Positions 9,940 to 20,308 of a stretch of 64,000 bases of DNA are shown one piece after another (within the stretch, counting starts at the first letter, position 1; each line of letters begins with the position of its first letter). Source of the stretch: an uncultured Gemmatimonadales bacterium (GTDB taxonomy: Bacteria; Gemmatimonadota; Gemmatimonadetes; Longimicrobiales; RSA9); NCBI GenBank assembly GCA_963708135.1, contig OY970192.1:3552001-3616000 (forward strand), read 5' to 3'. The position numbers were made by a program, and so were the translations under genes. Below the pieces are notes generated by a model, which saw only the letters and a list, made by a program, of their open reading frames with translations, was not told the DNA's origin and did not search any database.

Positions 9940-11655
9940 ATGCCCAGCTTCCGCACGATTCGCCTGGCGGCGGCCCTGCTCGCCCTGTCGTCGCTGACCC
10001 TCGCGGTGCCGCACGCGGCCGCACAGCGCCCGGCGGCACAGCAGCCTGCCCCGGACAGCGCCGCCGGCGACTCCACCCGGGCGCCGCGCGACACCGCGGT
10101 TTTCGCCGCATACAACCGCACGATCTTCATCTTCCGCGCGCCACTCGGCGCACTCTCCTCCGCCGAACGGGCGCAGGCCGCGTCCCGCCGGGTGAATGCC
10201 CTCGTCGCCCGGGGTGGTCCGGCCGAGATCATGCTGCAGCGCGCGCCGGAGGGGTATCTCATCGTCGCCGACAGCGAGCCGGTGTTCACGGTCACCCCGG
10301 GCGACGTCCCGATCGGCGACACCGCGACGCTGGCCATGCTCGCCACCGCGGCGGGCGGCCGCCTGCAGGCGGCGGTGCGCTCCGAGATCGAGCAGCGCAG
10401 CCTCTCCGGCGTGCTGCACGCCATCGGGTTCGCCCTGCTCGCCACGGTCATCTTCCTGTTCTTCCTACGCATCCTCTATTACGGGCGCCGGAACGGGCTC
10501 GTGCGGCTGCGCGCGACGTCCAAGCGCGTGCCCACGCTGGCGATCCGAGGCTTCAAGCTGCTCGACGCGAGCCGCATCGTCGGCTTCCTGCGCATCGCGC
10601 TCGAGATGTTCATCTGGGGCTTCGGCCTCTTCGTGGCGTACCTCTGGCTCGCCTACGTGCTCACCCGCTTCCCCTACAGCCGCCCGTGGGGCGAGGCGCT
10701 CGGCGCCTACCTCGTCAGCACCGTCAGCTCCCTGGCCGGCGGCGTACTCCGGGCGATGCCCAACCTGTTCGTCATCGTCCTCATCATCGTCGCGACACGT
10801 TTCCTGACCCGCTTCATCACTTCGTTCTTCAACGCGATCGAGGCCGAGACGGTCACCGTCTCGTTGATCCATTCCGAGACCGCCCAGCCCACCCGTCGCA
10901 TCGTCGTCGCCCTCCTCTGGCTCTTCGCGATCGCGCTGGTCTACCCCTACATCCCCGGCGCCCACACCGACGCCTTCAAGGGCATCAGCGTCTTCGCGGG
11001 CGTCCTCATCACCCTGGGCTCCACCGGCGTCGTCGGCCAGGCCATGAGCGGCCTCGTCCTCATGTACGCCCGCGCCCTCAAGGTCGGTGACTACGTCCGC
11101 ATCGCCGAGACCGAGGGCACCGTCGTCCAGCTCGGCGTGCTCTCCACCAAGATCGCGACCACCAAGGGCGAGCTCGTCACCATCCCCAACGCCGTCGTGG
11201 TCTCCAACCAGACCAAGAACTTCACCCGCTTCCAGGGCAGCAACCTGGTCCTCTACACCAGCGTGACCATCGGCTACGACACGCCCTGGCGGCAGATCCA
11301 CGCGCTCCTCACCGACGCCGCCGCGAAGACGCCCGACGTCCTCGCGCAGCCGGCGCCCTTCGTGCTCCAGACCGCGCTCTCCGACTTCTACGTCGAGTAC
11401 CAGCTCAACGTCTATGTGGCCCACCCCGAGCGCCGCATCGCCACCCTCTCCGCCCTCCACGCCAACATCCAGGACGCCTTCAACGAGTTCGGCGTGCAGA
11501 TCCTCTCGCCCCACTTCATGATGCAGCCCGACAAGATCGCCGTCGTCCCGCCTGGCAACTGGTACGCGCCACCCGCGCGGGAGCCCGCCGGCGCCTCCCA
11601 GGCCGTCCACGCCGGCGCCGAGAACGGCTCGGATGCCGCCTCGCCCGGGGACTAG
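9940..11655 (+). CDS. Mechanosensitive ion channel MscS family protein
   Basis: Signal peptide, TM segments, KVGDYVRI, VTIPNAVV, VTIGYDTPW, IQDAFNEFGVQILSPH. Confidence 0.9.
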   Translation: MPSFRTIRLAAALLALSSLTLAVPHAAAQRPAAQQPAPDSAAGDSTRAPRDTAVFAAYNRTIFIFRAPLGALSSAERAQAASRRVNALVARGGPAEIMLQRAPEGYLIVADSEPVFTVTPGDVPIGDTATLAMLATAAGGRLQAAVRSEIEQRSLSGVLHAIGFALLATVIFLFFLRILYYGRRNGLVRLRATSKRVPTLAIRGFKLLDASRIVGFLRIALEMFIWGFGLFVAYLWLAYVLTRFPYSRPWGEALGAYLVSTVSSLAGGVLRAMPNLFVIVLIIVATRFLTRFITSFFNAIEAETVTVSLIHSETAQPTRRIVVALLWLFAIALVYPYIPGAHTDAFKGISVFAGVLITLGSTGVVGQAMSGLVLMYARALKVGDYVRIAETEGTVVQLGVLSTKIATTKGELVTIPNAVVVSNQTKNFTRFQGSNLVLYTSVTIGYDTPWRQIHALLTDAAAKTPDVLAQPAPFVLQTALSDFYVEYQLNVYVAHPERRIATLSALHANIQDAFNEFGVQILSPHFMMQPDKIAVVPPGNWYAPPAREPAGASQAVHAGAENGSDAASPGD

Positions 11656-11733
11656 AGCGGCGCCCGGGTACTCCTTCCGCGCCTCCGTTTGCGGCGTCCC
11701 CACGGCCTCGGCGGCCGTCCGGCCCTGGTCCCG

Positions 11734-11749
11734 CGGCACGGGGGTTGCA
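11734..11749 (+). promoter_or_regulatory. Sigma54 -24/-12 promoter of the csbD-like gene
   Basis: CGGCACG-GGGG-TTGCA, one mismatch to TGGCACG-N4-TTGCW. Confidence 0.65.
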
Positions 11750-11800
11750 ACCATCCAGATATGGTTAACTTGTTCTCACACCACAACTTGGAGGCTCACA

Positions 11801-12031
11801 ATGGACGACCGAAGCAAGCGTGACATCCGGCGCGCCACCCGCCGAGAGGGCGCGGAGCACGAGCTCAAGGGCGCCGAGCGCGAGGTCAAGGGGAAGATCC
11901 GGAAAAACCTCGGCAAGCTGACCGACGACACCTCCGAGGAGCTGAAGGGGAAGGGCCAGGAGGAGCTCGGTGAGCTCGAGCGCAAGGTCGGGCGGACGGT
12001 CCGGGAGCGGACGGACCGGACGGACCGGTAG
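11801..12031 (+). CDS. CsbD family stress protein
   Basis: GGAGG RBS; LKGAEREVKGKIRKNLGKLTDD...ELKGKGQEELG pattern. Confidence 0.8.
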   Translation: MDDRSKRDIRRATRREGAEHELKGAEREVKGKIRKNLGKLTDDTSEELKGKGQEELGELERKVGRTVRERTDRTDR

Positions 12032-12056
12032 GCGCGCGGAAGGCCGCGCCCGGAGT

Positions 12057-12118
12057 GGCGGGGCGCGGGGCGCGGGATGCGGAGTGCGTGTTCCGCATGC
12101 CGCGTCCTGCGTCCCGCC
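12057..12118. terminator. Long imperfect hairpin downstream of csbD
   Basis: GGCGGGGCGCGGGGCGCGGGATGCGGA pairs with TCCGCATGCCGCGTCCTGCGTCCCGCC over about 27 bp, with G-U wobbles and one mismatch. Confidence 0.45.
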
Positions 12119-12397
12119 GCGCGTCACGGCTGCCGTTGGCCTGTTGCGGGCGCGGCGCGCGCGGGACAGATTACGACAGCCCCCCAGGGGCGTCGGGACA
12201 AGGCGACCGAGCCGGCCCCCCCGCGGGACGCTCGCCACGAGCGGCAAGTGGCGTCCTGGCGGGGGTTTGGCGCATGGTCGATCGTTCGTCCGGGGAGGCG
12301 CGCGGGTTGCCGGATCGGAGCCCGAGTCGATGCAATCCAACGCACAGGAGGCGGCGGCGCGCAGCGCCGCGGGCCTTGAGGCAGCAGGAGGCAAGGG

Positions 12398-13735
12398 ATG
12401 AAGGATACGCTGACGATCACGGACAACCGGACGGGCAACACGATCGAGGTTCCGATCCAGTACGGCACGTACCCGGAGTACGGGGCGGCGGTGCGGACGG
12501 CAGAGCTGAGGCAGCTGAAGTCATCGCCGGAGGATTTCGGGCTGCTGGGCTACGACCCGGCGTTCATGAACACGGCGTCGTGCAAGAGCGCGATCACGTT
12601 CATCGACGGGGACAAGGGGATCCTTCGCTACCGCGGGTATCCGATCGAGGAGGTGGCGACGAAGAGCTCGTTCCTCGAGGTGGCGTACCTGCTCCTGCAC
12701 GGTGAGCTGCCGACGCAGCCGCAGCTGGACGCGTTCACGCACGAGATCACGTTCCACACGTTCCTGCACGAGAACGTGAAGAAGCTGATGGAGGGCTTCC
12801 ACCACGATGCGCACCCGATGGGGATCTTCGTGAGCACGGTGGCGGCGCTCTCGACGTTCTACCCCGAGGCGCGCGACATCTCGGATGCGGACAACCGGAC
12901 GCGGCAGATCCACCGGCTGATCGCGAAGGTGCCGACGGTGTCGGCGTTCGCGTACCGGCACAGCGTGGGGCTGCCGTACGCATACCCGGACAACGACCTC
13001 GGCTACGCGGGCAACTTCCTGAACATGATGTTCCGGATAAGCGAGCCGAAGTACTCGCCGGATCCGATCCTGGAGCGGGCGCTGAACGTGCTCTTCATCC
13101 TGCACGCGGACCACGAGCAGAACTGCAGCGCGAACGCGATGCGGAGCGTGGGCAGCTCGCATGCGGACCCGTACGTCTCGGTTTCGGCGGCGGCGTCGGC
13201 GCTGTACGGCCCGCTGCACGGCGGCGCGAACGAGCAGGTGCTGCGGATGCTGCGTGAGATCGGCAGGAAGGAAAACGTGGCGGAGTACGTGAAGCGGGTG
13301 AAGGCGGGCGAGTTCCGGCTGATGGGGTTCGGGCACCGGGTGTACAAGAACTACGATCCGCGCGCCCGGATCCTGAAGGAGATGGCGCCGCAGATCTTCA
13401 GCGTGACGGGGAAGAACCCGCTGCTCGACATCGCGCTCGAGCTCGAGCGGATCAGCCTGGAGGACGACTACTTCGTGAGCCGGAAGCTGTACCCGAACGT
13501 GGACTTCTACTCGGGGATCATCTACCAGGCAATGGGCTTCCCGGTGGCCATGTTCCCGGTGCTGTTCGCGATCCCGCGCACGGCCGGCTGGCTCGCGCAG
13601 TGGCAGGAGATGCTCACGGACCCGGAGCAGAAGATCGCCCGGCCGCGCCAGGTCTACACGGGCGCGGACGAGCGGGACTACCAGGCCATGAGCATGCGCC
13701 GCGAGATGAAGATGGAACCGGAGGTGAAGCGGTAG
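12398..13735 (+). CDS. gltA: Citrate synthase
   Basis: ITFIDGDKGILRYRGYPIE, HADHEQNCS, GPLHGGANE, LMGFGHRVYKNYDPR, YPNVDFYSG. Confidence 0.97.
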   Translation: MKDTLTITDNRTGNTIEVPIQYGTYPEYGAAVRTAELRQLKSSPEDFGLLGYDPAFMNTASCKSAITFIDGDKGILRYRGYPIEEVATKSSFLEVAYLLLHGELPTQPQLDAFTHEITFHTFLHENVKKLMEGFHHDAHPMGIFVSTVAALSTFYPEARDISDADNRTRQIHRLIAKVPTVSAFAYRHSVGLPYAYPDNDLGYAGNFLNMMFRISEPKYSPDPILERALNVLFILHADHEQNCSANAMRSVGSSHADPYVSVSAAASALYGPLHGGANEQVLRMLREIGRKENVAEYVKRVKAGEFRLMGFGHRVYKNYDPRARILKEMAPQIFSVTGKNPLLDIALELERISLEDDYFVSRKLYPNVDFYSGIIYQAMGFPVAMFPVLFAIPRTAGWLAQWQEMLTDPEQKIARPRQVYTGADERDYQAMSMRREMKMEPEVKR

Positions 13736-13776
13736 GCGACCCTTCCCGGCGCCGGCTTCCGGCGTGTAGCGGGGCT

Positions 13777-13809
13777 CGCGGGGCCCTCCGGGTTGCCGGG
13801 GGCCCCGCG
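13777..13809. terminator. GC-rich hairpin between convergent gltA and arfB
   Basis: CGCGGGGCCCTCCGG...CCGGGGGCCCCGCG imperfect stem. Confidence 0.4.
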
Positions 13810-13859
13810 CTGCATCCGGGAGCGGAGGGCATCAGGCTCCACGCCTCCGGCCCCGGGAG

Positions 13860-14318
13860 TCAATCCTCCCGGCGGACCCTGCCCCGTGTCTTCTTCACCT
13901 CGGCCCGCCTCTTCTTCTCGCGCAGGCGCTTCTCCTTCTGGGCCCGGGGGACCTTCGTCTTCTTGCGCCGCTTCCGGACGCGCAGCGCGCGCTCGAGCAT
14001 GCGGCGCAACCGCTCCGTGACCTCTTCCCGGTTCTGGTGCTGGCTGCGGCTGCCGGCGGCGGCCAGGTGGAGCACACCCTCCGAGTCGATGCGGTTGGCG
14101 AGCTTCTCCCGGAGGCGTGCGCGCTGGGAGTGGCTGAGCGAGGGCGAGCTCGCCACGTCCCAGGTCAGCTCGACGCGCGTGGAGGAGGTGTTCACGTGCT
14201 GCCCGCCGGGGCCGCCCGCGCGGCTGGCGCGGTAGGCCAGCTCGGCGCGCGGCAGGGCGAGCGTGTCGCTTACGCGCAGCAGCGCATGCTCTGGCGGCTC
14301 GGGGACGGGATCCGGCAC
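13860..14318 (-). CDS. arfB: Alternative ribosome rescue peptidyl-tRNA hydrolase ArfB
   Basis: RAGGPGGQHVNT (GGQ motif), RSQHQNRE, basic C-terminal tail; GTG start inferred. Confidence 0.92.
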   Translation of the reverse strand: MPDPVPEPPEHALLRVSDTLALPRAELAYRASRAGGPGGQHVNTSSTRVELTWDVASSPSLSHSQRARLREKLANRIDSEGVLHLAAAGSRSQHQNREEVTERLRRMLERALRVRKRRKKTKVPRAQKEKRLREKKRRAEVKKTRGRVRRED

Positions 14319-14323
14319 GGCGG

Positions 14324-15694
14324 CTACCGGACCGGGAGTCCCTGGAACACTGCCTTCCCCACCACCACGCGGGTGCCACGCCCGCCGCCGGAGCGCGCCG
14401 GCTCGATCTCGGTCCAGGCGGCGAAGGCGCGGCCGCCGTAGGCATCGACGCCGGTGTAGTCGCCGATGAACTCGCCGCCGCCATGGAACGCGTTGGCGCT
14501 CCACTCCGTGTGCTGGAAGGTCCGGCCGCCATCGGTGGACCACGAGAGCCGGTACGTCATGGTCATGTCGGGCGTGCTCCGGTAATAGCCCACGGCCAGC
14601 AGTCCGGTGGTCGGATCCAGGCCCATCCAGGCGAAGAAGTGGTCGTCGCTCCGGTCGCCATCGACGGCGCCCGGCGCCGACCAGGTGGCGCCGCCGTCGT
14701 CGGAGGCGGCGAGGAAGACGGCGGTCGGGCCGAGGCGGCCGTCGATCCACTCGACGAAGAGCCGCCCGGTGGCGGGATCGATCTCGAGGCTCGGGTAGCC
14801 GTTGGAGCGGGAGATACCCGGGACCCCGAAGACGATGTCCGGGGTGGAGGCCACGAGGACGTCGCCTCCGAAGCTCGCGCCGGCATCGGTCGAGCGGTCG
14901 AGCCGGATCCCGGTCGAGTCGCTCCAGACGACGTAGACGGTGCCATCGGGGCCGACGGCGATGTCGGTCCCCTCGTCGGCGCCGACGCTGTCCTTCGGGC
15001 TGCCAGGGCGGTCGCTGATCTCGAGCGGCGCGGAGAAGGAGAGTCCGCCGTCGGTGGAGCGGGCAAAGAGGATGACGGACTCGTGGCGACGGAACTCGGT
15101 CCAGGCGACGTAGACGTTGCCGCGCCGGCCGGGCTGGCTCGAGCGGTCAATGCCGAGCATCGGCTTGTCCTCGAACGGGATTCCCGGCTGCTCGGGCTGG
15201 TAGATGACGGGCGCGGGCTGGCCGCGCCAGGTGACGCCGCCATCGTCGGAGCGGTTCAGGAAGATGCCGTTCCGGTGCGCCTTCGCGCCCAGCGTGTCGT
15301 AGTCCTGGGGACGATCGAAGGCGATGTAGAGCGCGTACGCGTGGCCGTCCGCGTCGAAGCTCACCGCCGGGTCACCGGCAAGCTCGAAGGCCTCTACGGC
15401 CGGCAGCGCCGCGGTGCGCCAGGTGACGCCGCCGTCCGAGGACGCCGCGACACTGGCCGGGATCTGCCAGGACGCGATCACGTGGTCCGGGTGCGTCGGG
15501 TCGATCGCGATCGAAGTCTCGTCCTTGTAGCCGTAGGGCGTGATCGGCACGGTGGACAGCACCGGGCTGCCGGCAGCGTCGGGCGGCTCGGGCGGCCCCG
15601 ACGGCCGCTCCGGATCTCTGCTGCAGGTGGCGAGCCCCACGCCGGCCAGCGCTGCGGTGAAAATCAGACGAATCGCGAGCAGGAGCGCCTCCAT
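14324..15694 (-). CDS. Sialidase-family (Asp-box) exported glycosidase-like protein
   Basis: Six S-x-D-x-G-x-x-W/F Asp-boxes, ETSIAIDP, GDPAVSFD, DKPM, FIGDYTG. Confidence 0.8.
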   Translation of the reverse strand: MEALLLAIRLIFTAALAGVGLATCSRDPERPSGPPEPPDAAGSPVLSTVPITPYGYKDETSIAIDPTHPDHVIASWQIPASVAASSDGGVTWRTAALPAVEAFELAGDPAVSFDADGHAYALYIAFDRPQDYDTLGAKAHRNGIFLNRSDDGGVTWRGQPAPVIYQPEQPGIPFEDKPMLGIDRSSQPGRRGNVYVAWTEFRRHESVILFARSTDGGLSFSAPLEISDRPGSPKDSVGADEGTDIAVGPDGTVYVVWSDSTGIRLDRSTDAGASFGGDVLVASTPDIVFGVPGISRSNGYPSLEIDPATGRLFVEWIDGRLGPTAVFLAASDDGGATWSAPGAVDGDRSDDHFFAWMGLDPTTGLLAVGYYRSTPDMTMTYRLSWSTDGGRTFQHTEWSANAFHGGGEFIGDYTGVDAYGGRAFAAWTEIEPARSGGGRGTRVVVGKAVFQGLPVR

Positions 15695-15967
15695 GGTCGG
15701 GCAAGGCCGCCGCGTCATCCCGCACGCGGCGGCCTCCTGGGTGCACGGGCGGTTTCGGACCGGGAAGACTAGGCCGCACGCGAAGGGCGCGCCAGCGGCG
15801 GCGGCGGGGGCGGGGGTGCCGGGCGCCGGAGAGCGGGAGAGGGGGAGAGTGGGTGCACCGCCGGGCGGGTCACCTCGCCGGGCCACGGAGACTCCGGCCC
15901 AGGCGGCCGCCGGGAGCCTGCCGCTACGCCGGCTTCCCGGGCCACGAGCGTTCACGGCCCGCGCAGG

Positions 15968-16075
15968 AAGGTGCGGCGCCGGAAACGCCGCGAGGGCCCG
16001 GGCACGGGAGTCCGCGGCGAAGGTGCGGCGCCGGAGATCCCGCGAGGCCCGGGCACGGGAGTCCGCGGCGAAGGT
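15968..16075. repeat. Intergenic tandem direct repeat, period 51-52 nt (about 2.1 copies)
   Basis: AAGGTGCGGCGCCGGA...GGCCCGGGCACGGGAGTCCGCGGCG starts at 15968 and 16020; partial third copy at 16071. Confidence 0.8.
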
Positions 16076-16142
16076 CGCCCGGTCTCCCACTCTCCCACTC
16101 TGGGGTGAGCGGTGAGCGGGAGAGGGGCCGGGACCGCGTCGG

Positions 16143-19100
16143 CTACTGCCGCTTGTGCTGCGAGTCTCCGGGCGCCGCCTTCAGGGCGGCGGCGGCGGGG
16201 CGCTTCACGCGAATCGGGTCGGCCGGCTGCGGCAGCAGCTTGAACGGGTGCTCCTGGAGCAGCTTCATGGCGGCGGCCACGGCGGCCTCGAGCTGGAGGT
16301 CGTGGCCCGCGGCCATGGCGGCGGAGGTCTGCTCGACCTCTATGTCGGGGGTGACGCCCTTGTTCTCCACATCCCACTGGTCGTCGAGGTTGTAGAACCC
16401 GCCGCGCGGGGAGGTGATGGAGCCGCCGTCCATGAGCGGGGGCGCATCCCAGAATGCCGACGAGGCCGCCCCAGGTGCGGGTGCCGACCAGCGGCCCGAT
16501 CTTCATCTCCTTGTACATGTAGGGCAGCAGGTCTCCGCCGGAGCCGGACATCTCGTTGGCGATCATGACCTTGGGCCCCCAGATGCCGGCGCCCGGCGAG
16601 GTCCACGGCCGCTTCTGGCCGACGGGGTTGTTGAAGTAGCCGTGCAGCTTGCGGTCGAGCACGTCGATGATGTAGTCCGCGGCCTGCCCGCCGTGGTTGA
16701 AACGCTCGTCGATGACGGCGCCGGGGCGGTCCTGCTGCGCGAAGTAGTAGCGGTTGAAGTAGGTGTAGCCGCCGCCGGCGGTGTTGGGGAGCCAGACGTA
16801 GGCGAGCTGGCCGTGGGAGAGCGAGTCCACCACGGCGCGGTTGTGCTCGACCCAGGCGCGCGAGCGGAGCGCGGCCTCGTTGGGGACCGGGACGACGTTG
16901 ATCGTCCAGGAGCCGGCCATGGTCGGCTTGCTGTTCACGCGCAGCTCGGTCTGGCGGCCGGCCGTGCCCTCGAAGGCGCTGTACGGGTTGGTCGGCGCGG
17001 CGAGCGGCTCGCCGTTGACGGCCAGGATGTAGTCGCCCTCGGAGACCTTGACGCCGGGCTCGCTCAGCGGCGCGTGCAGCTCGGGGTTCCAGTTCTCGCC
17101 GGTGTAGATATGGGCGATGCGATAGAGGCCGTTCGCGACCTCGAGGTCGGCGCCAAGGAGCCCGATCGGCACGCGCTCCGGCTCCGGGTGGTCGCCATCC
17201 CCGACGAACGAGTGGCCGACGCTGAGCTCGCCGCCGAGCATGTCGGTCAGGTACGTCAGGTCGGAGCGATAGCGGACGTCGTCCACGAGCGGCGCGTACA
17301 TCTTGTAGACGGCGTCCCAGTCGGCGCCGTGCAGGTTCTTGACGTAGAAGTAGTCGCGCTCGATGCGCCATGCCTCGCGGAAGATCTGGTGCCACTCCTC
17401 CTGCGGCACGATGCGGGCGCGCAGCGACTCGACGGCGAGCTTGCCGTCTCCGGGCTTGGCGGGGCCCTTGTCGGCATCGACCACGAACCACGCGCCGGGG
17501 CGGGCGCCGAACTGCGCCGGCCCCGGCCGCGGCGCGGCGTAGAGCAGCTTCTTGCCGTCGGCCGAGATGGCGTAGGCGGCCACGGCCGGGACGATCTCCT
17601 CCGCCTTGCGCTTCTTCAGGTCGTAGCGGTGCAGCACGTCACCCGGCTTGTTCTGGACGCCCTCGCGCCAGAACACCTGGCCGGCCACGCCCGCGCGTAG
17701 CTCGGAGTAGTCCCGCAGCGGGACGGGCAGCGCGAGGATGCGCTGCGAGATGCCGGCGAAGTCGATGCGCACGGGGGGCGCCGGCCGCTTCGCCGCCGCA
17801 CCGGCATCCTTCGCTCCGCCCTTCGCTCCGCCCTTCGCGGCGGCCTCCTTGCCGGCGGGCTTTTCCTCGCCGGCACCGGCGGCGGCCGCGTCGCCTGCCT
17901 TCTCCTCGTCGGACTCGGGCAGGAGCGGCGAGGGCGCGTCCTTCGAGAGGACGGCGAAGTAGACGCCGCGGCGGACCGGGTGGTCGTCGCTGCTCATGTC
18001 GAGCCAGCCGGAGTTCAGGCCGAAGTCCGTGCTGGCCAGGAAGTAGAGGTACTTGCCGGAGGCGTCCCAGGCGGGTGAAACGGCGTCGGACATTCCGTCG
18101 GTGAGCTGGGTGGACCTGCCGGTCTCGGTGTCGTAGACGACGATCGCGTGGTACTGCGTGTTCAGCCGCCTGGCGAAGGCAATGAAGCGCGAGTCGGGGG
18201 ACCAGACGGGGTCCATGGTGCGCTCGGGCGGGGAGAAGCCGTCCTGATCCGCCTTCGTCGCCTTGCCACTGGCGACGTCCACGACCCAGAGGTTGAGGTC
18301 GGCGTCGGTGAAGAGCACCTTCTTCGAGTCTGGCGACCAGGCCAGCGTATAGTAGAAGGTCGGGTGCGGCAGCGAGATGGCGCGCGGCTTCTCGAGGCCG
18401 TCCTGATCGCCGATCATGAGCTGGTACTCTCCGCTCGCGTCGGAGAACCAGGCGATCTGCTTGCCGTCCGGCGCCCACGCGGGCTCGCGGTCCCGCGTGC
18501 CCGAGGAGTGGGTGAGGTTCCGCCAGTCCCCCTTGTCGGTGGGGACGGTGAACACGTCACCGCGCGCGCCGAACAGGGCGCGCACGCCGGTGGGCGAGAG
18601 CGCGGCGCTCGCGATGTCGTCGGCCACGCCCTCCCAGTGCGGCATGGCCCAGGGGAAGTCCCCGCGCACGACAATGTCGACCGGCGCATCCTTGCCCGTG
18701 GCCGGGTCGTACAGGTGGATCCGGCCGGCCTGCTCGTAGACGACGACACCGCCGCCGCCGCCGAGCGTCTGCACGTCGAACTTCGTATGATGCGTGACCT
18801 GCGTGAGCTTGCCCGCGTCGGTGTCGTACGCCCACACGTTGCCGGCGAAGTCGCGGTCGGAGATGAAGTAGACGGTGTGGCCGATCCAGACGGGCTGCTG
18901 GTCGCGGCTGTTCGCCCACGGCTGGAGCTTCTGGACGGAGTCCGTCTTCACGTCCATGACGAAGATCGGCCGGTTCTGCCCGCCGCGGTAGTTGCGGAAC
19001 TGCTGCTCCCACGGGTTGATCGGCTGGTAGGCGATGCGCGCACCGTCGGGCGAATAGGACGCCGCCTCGCCGCGCCACATCGGGAGCAGCTCGGGCATCC

Positions 19101-19545
19101 CGCCGTCCACGGAGACGGTCCAGAGCCGGTCGTAGGTGTCGGGCGCGCTCACGCGCGAGGAGGCGAAGACCACGCGCCTGCCATCCGGCGTCCAGCCCCG
19201 CGCCTGATCCGCGCCGGGGTGCCACGTCAGGCGACGCGGCGTGCCGCCCTCCGCCGCCACCACGTAGACGTCCGTGTTGCCGCCGTACTGCGCCGTGAAG
19301 GCGACCCACTTGCCATCGGGCGAGAAGTGCGGATCCGACTCCTGCCCCTCGAAGCTGGTCAGCCGGCGCGCCTCGCCGCCCGCGCGGGGGACGGCCCAGA
19401 TGTCGTTCGCGTAGGCGAAGGCGATCTCGGTGGCGCTGGAGGTCGGCTGGCGCAGCAGCCGCGTGGGCTGCGGGGCCTGCGCGCGGACGGGTCCGGGGAC
19501 GAGTGCGGCCGCGGCGAGTAGCGCGGCGGCGAGGACGCGTTTCAT
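16143..19545 (-). pseudogene. Tricorn-like S41 protease with a +1 frameshift near 16453 (real mutation or sequencing error)
   Basis: Signal peptide, PD40 propellers, PDZ, DERFNHGG, catalytic SGSGGD, GTRTWGGLVGI; the C-terminus (WDAPPLMDGG...ENKGVTPDIEV) continues in another frame to the stop at 16143. Confidence 0.85.
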
Positions 19546-19728
19546 GGGGGCGAGCTCCGCCTAGGGGGAGAGACCGTACGGTTGAGAGGCGCGGGTGATG
19601 GGGGGACCCGCGCCTGAGGGAAATTGGAGCGGGTCGGGCCGCGGCGCAAGCGGGCGCGGGGGACGCGGGGTGCGGGATGCGGGCAGGCGGGCAGACGGAT
19701 CCGCCGGGCGGCGCTAGATTGGTAGGCC

Positions 19729-20274
19729 ATGCGGATCGTGGCGGGGAAGTGGGCGGGGCGGGACCTGGTCTCGCCGGCGGACCGGCGGGTGCGCCCGACG
19801 GCGGAGCACGTGCGGGACGCGCTGCTCGGCCGGCTCGCGGGCGTGCTGCCGGACGCGCGCGTGCTCGACCTCTTCGCGGGCACCGGGGCACTCGGGCTGG
19901 AGGCGCTATCGCGCGGCGCGGCGTCGGCGGACTTCGTGGAGACGCGGCCTGCCAGCCTGCACGCGCTGAAAGCGAACATCGCGGCGCTGCGCCTGCGCGA
20001 GCGGACGCGGGTCTTCAAGCGGGACGCGATTCCCTTCGCGGCGGCGCTCCCGGCCGGCCGCTACGACATCGCGTTCGCGGACCCGCCGTACGGCTCGCGC
20101 ATGGCGGACCGGGTGATCGAGAGCTGGCGGGCGCGGCGCTTCGCCACGCTGCTGGTGGTGGAGCACGCGCGCGGCCAGGCGCTGCCGCCCGGCGGCCGGA
20201 CAGAGACCTTCGAGGACACGGCGGTCACGGTGTACGGGCGGGCGGCCTCGCGCGCCCGCGGCCGCCGGGTCTGA
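19729..20274 (+). CDS. rsmD: 16S rRNA m2G966 methyltransferase RsmD family
   Basis: MRIVAGKW, VRPT, VLDLFAGTGALGLEALSRGA, FADPPY. Confidence 0.9.
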   Translation: MRIVAGKWAGRDLVSPADRRVRPTAEHVRDALLGRLAGVLPDARVLDLFAGTGALGLEALSRGAASADFVETRPASLHALKANIAALRLRERTRVFKRDAIPFAAALPAGRYDIAFADPPYGSRMADRVIESWRARRFATLLVVEHARGQALPPGGRTETFEDTAVTVYGRAASRARGRRV

Positions 20275-20308
20275 ACGATTCCGATAGCGGACCTTCAGCG
20301 GAGCAGCC

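Noticed and set aside
7344..10472. 1042-aa minus-strand ORF as one protein
   Set aside because: Only the last 387 codons look coding; the upstream part is an Arg/Ala/Pro-rich shadow of the antiporter and MscS genes
15968..16075. Possible mini-CRISPR array
   Set aside because: The segments between the conserved cores are themselves near-identical, there are only about 2 units, and no cas genes are present
3756..20274. ettA, arfB and rsmD as a translation quality-control cluster
   Set aside because: Separated by many unrelated genes and differently oriented; ordinary core-genome scatter
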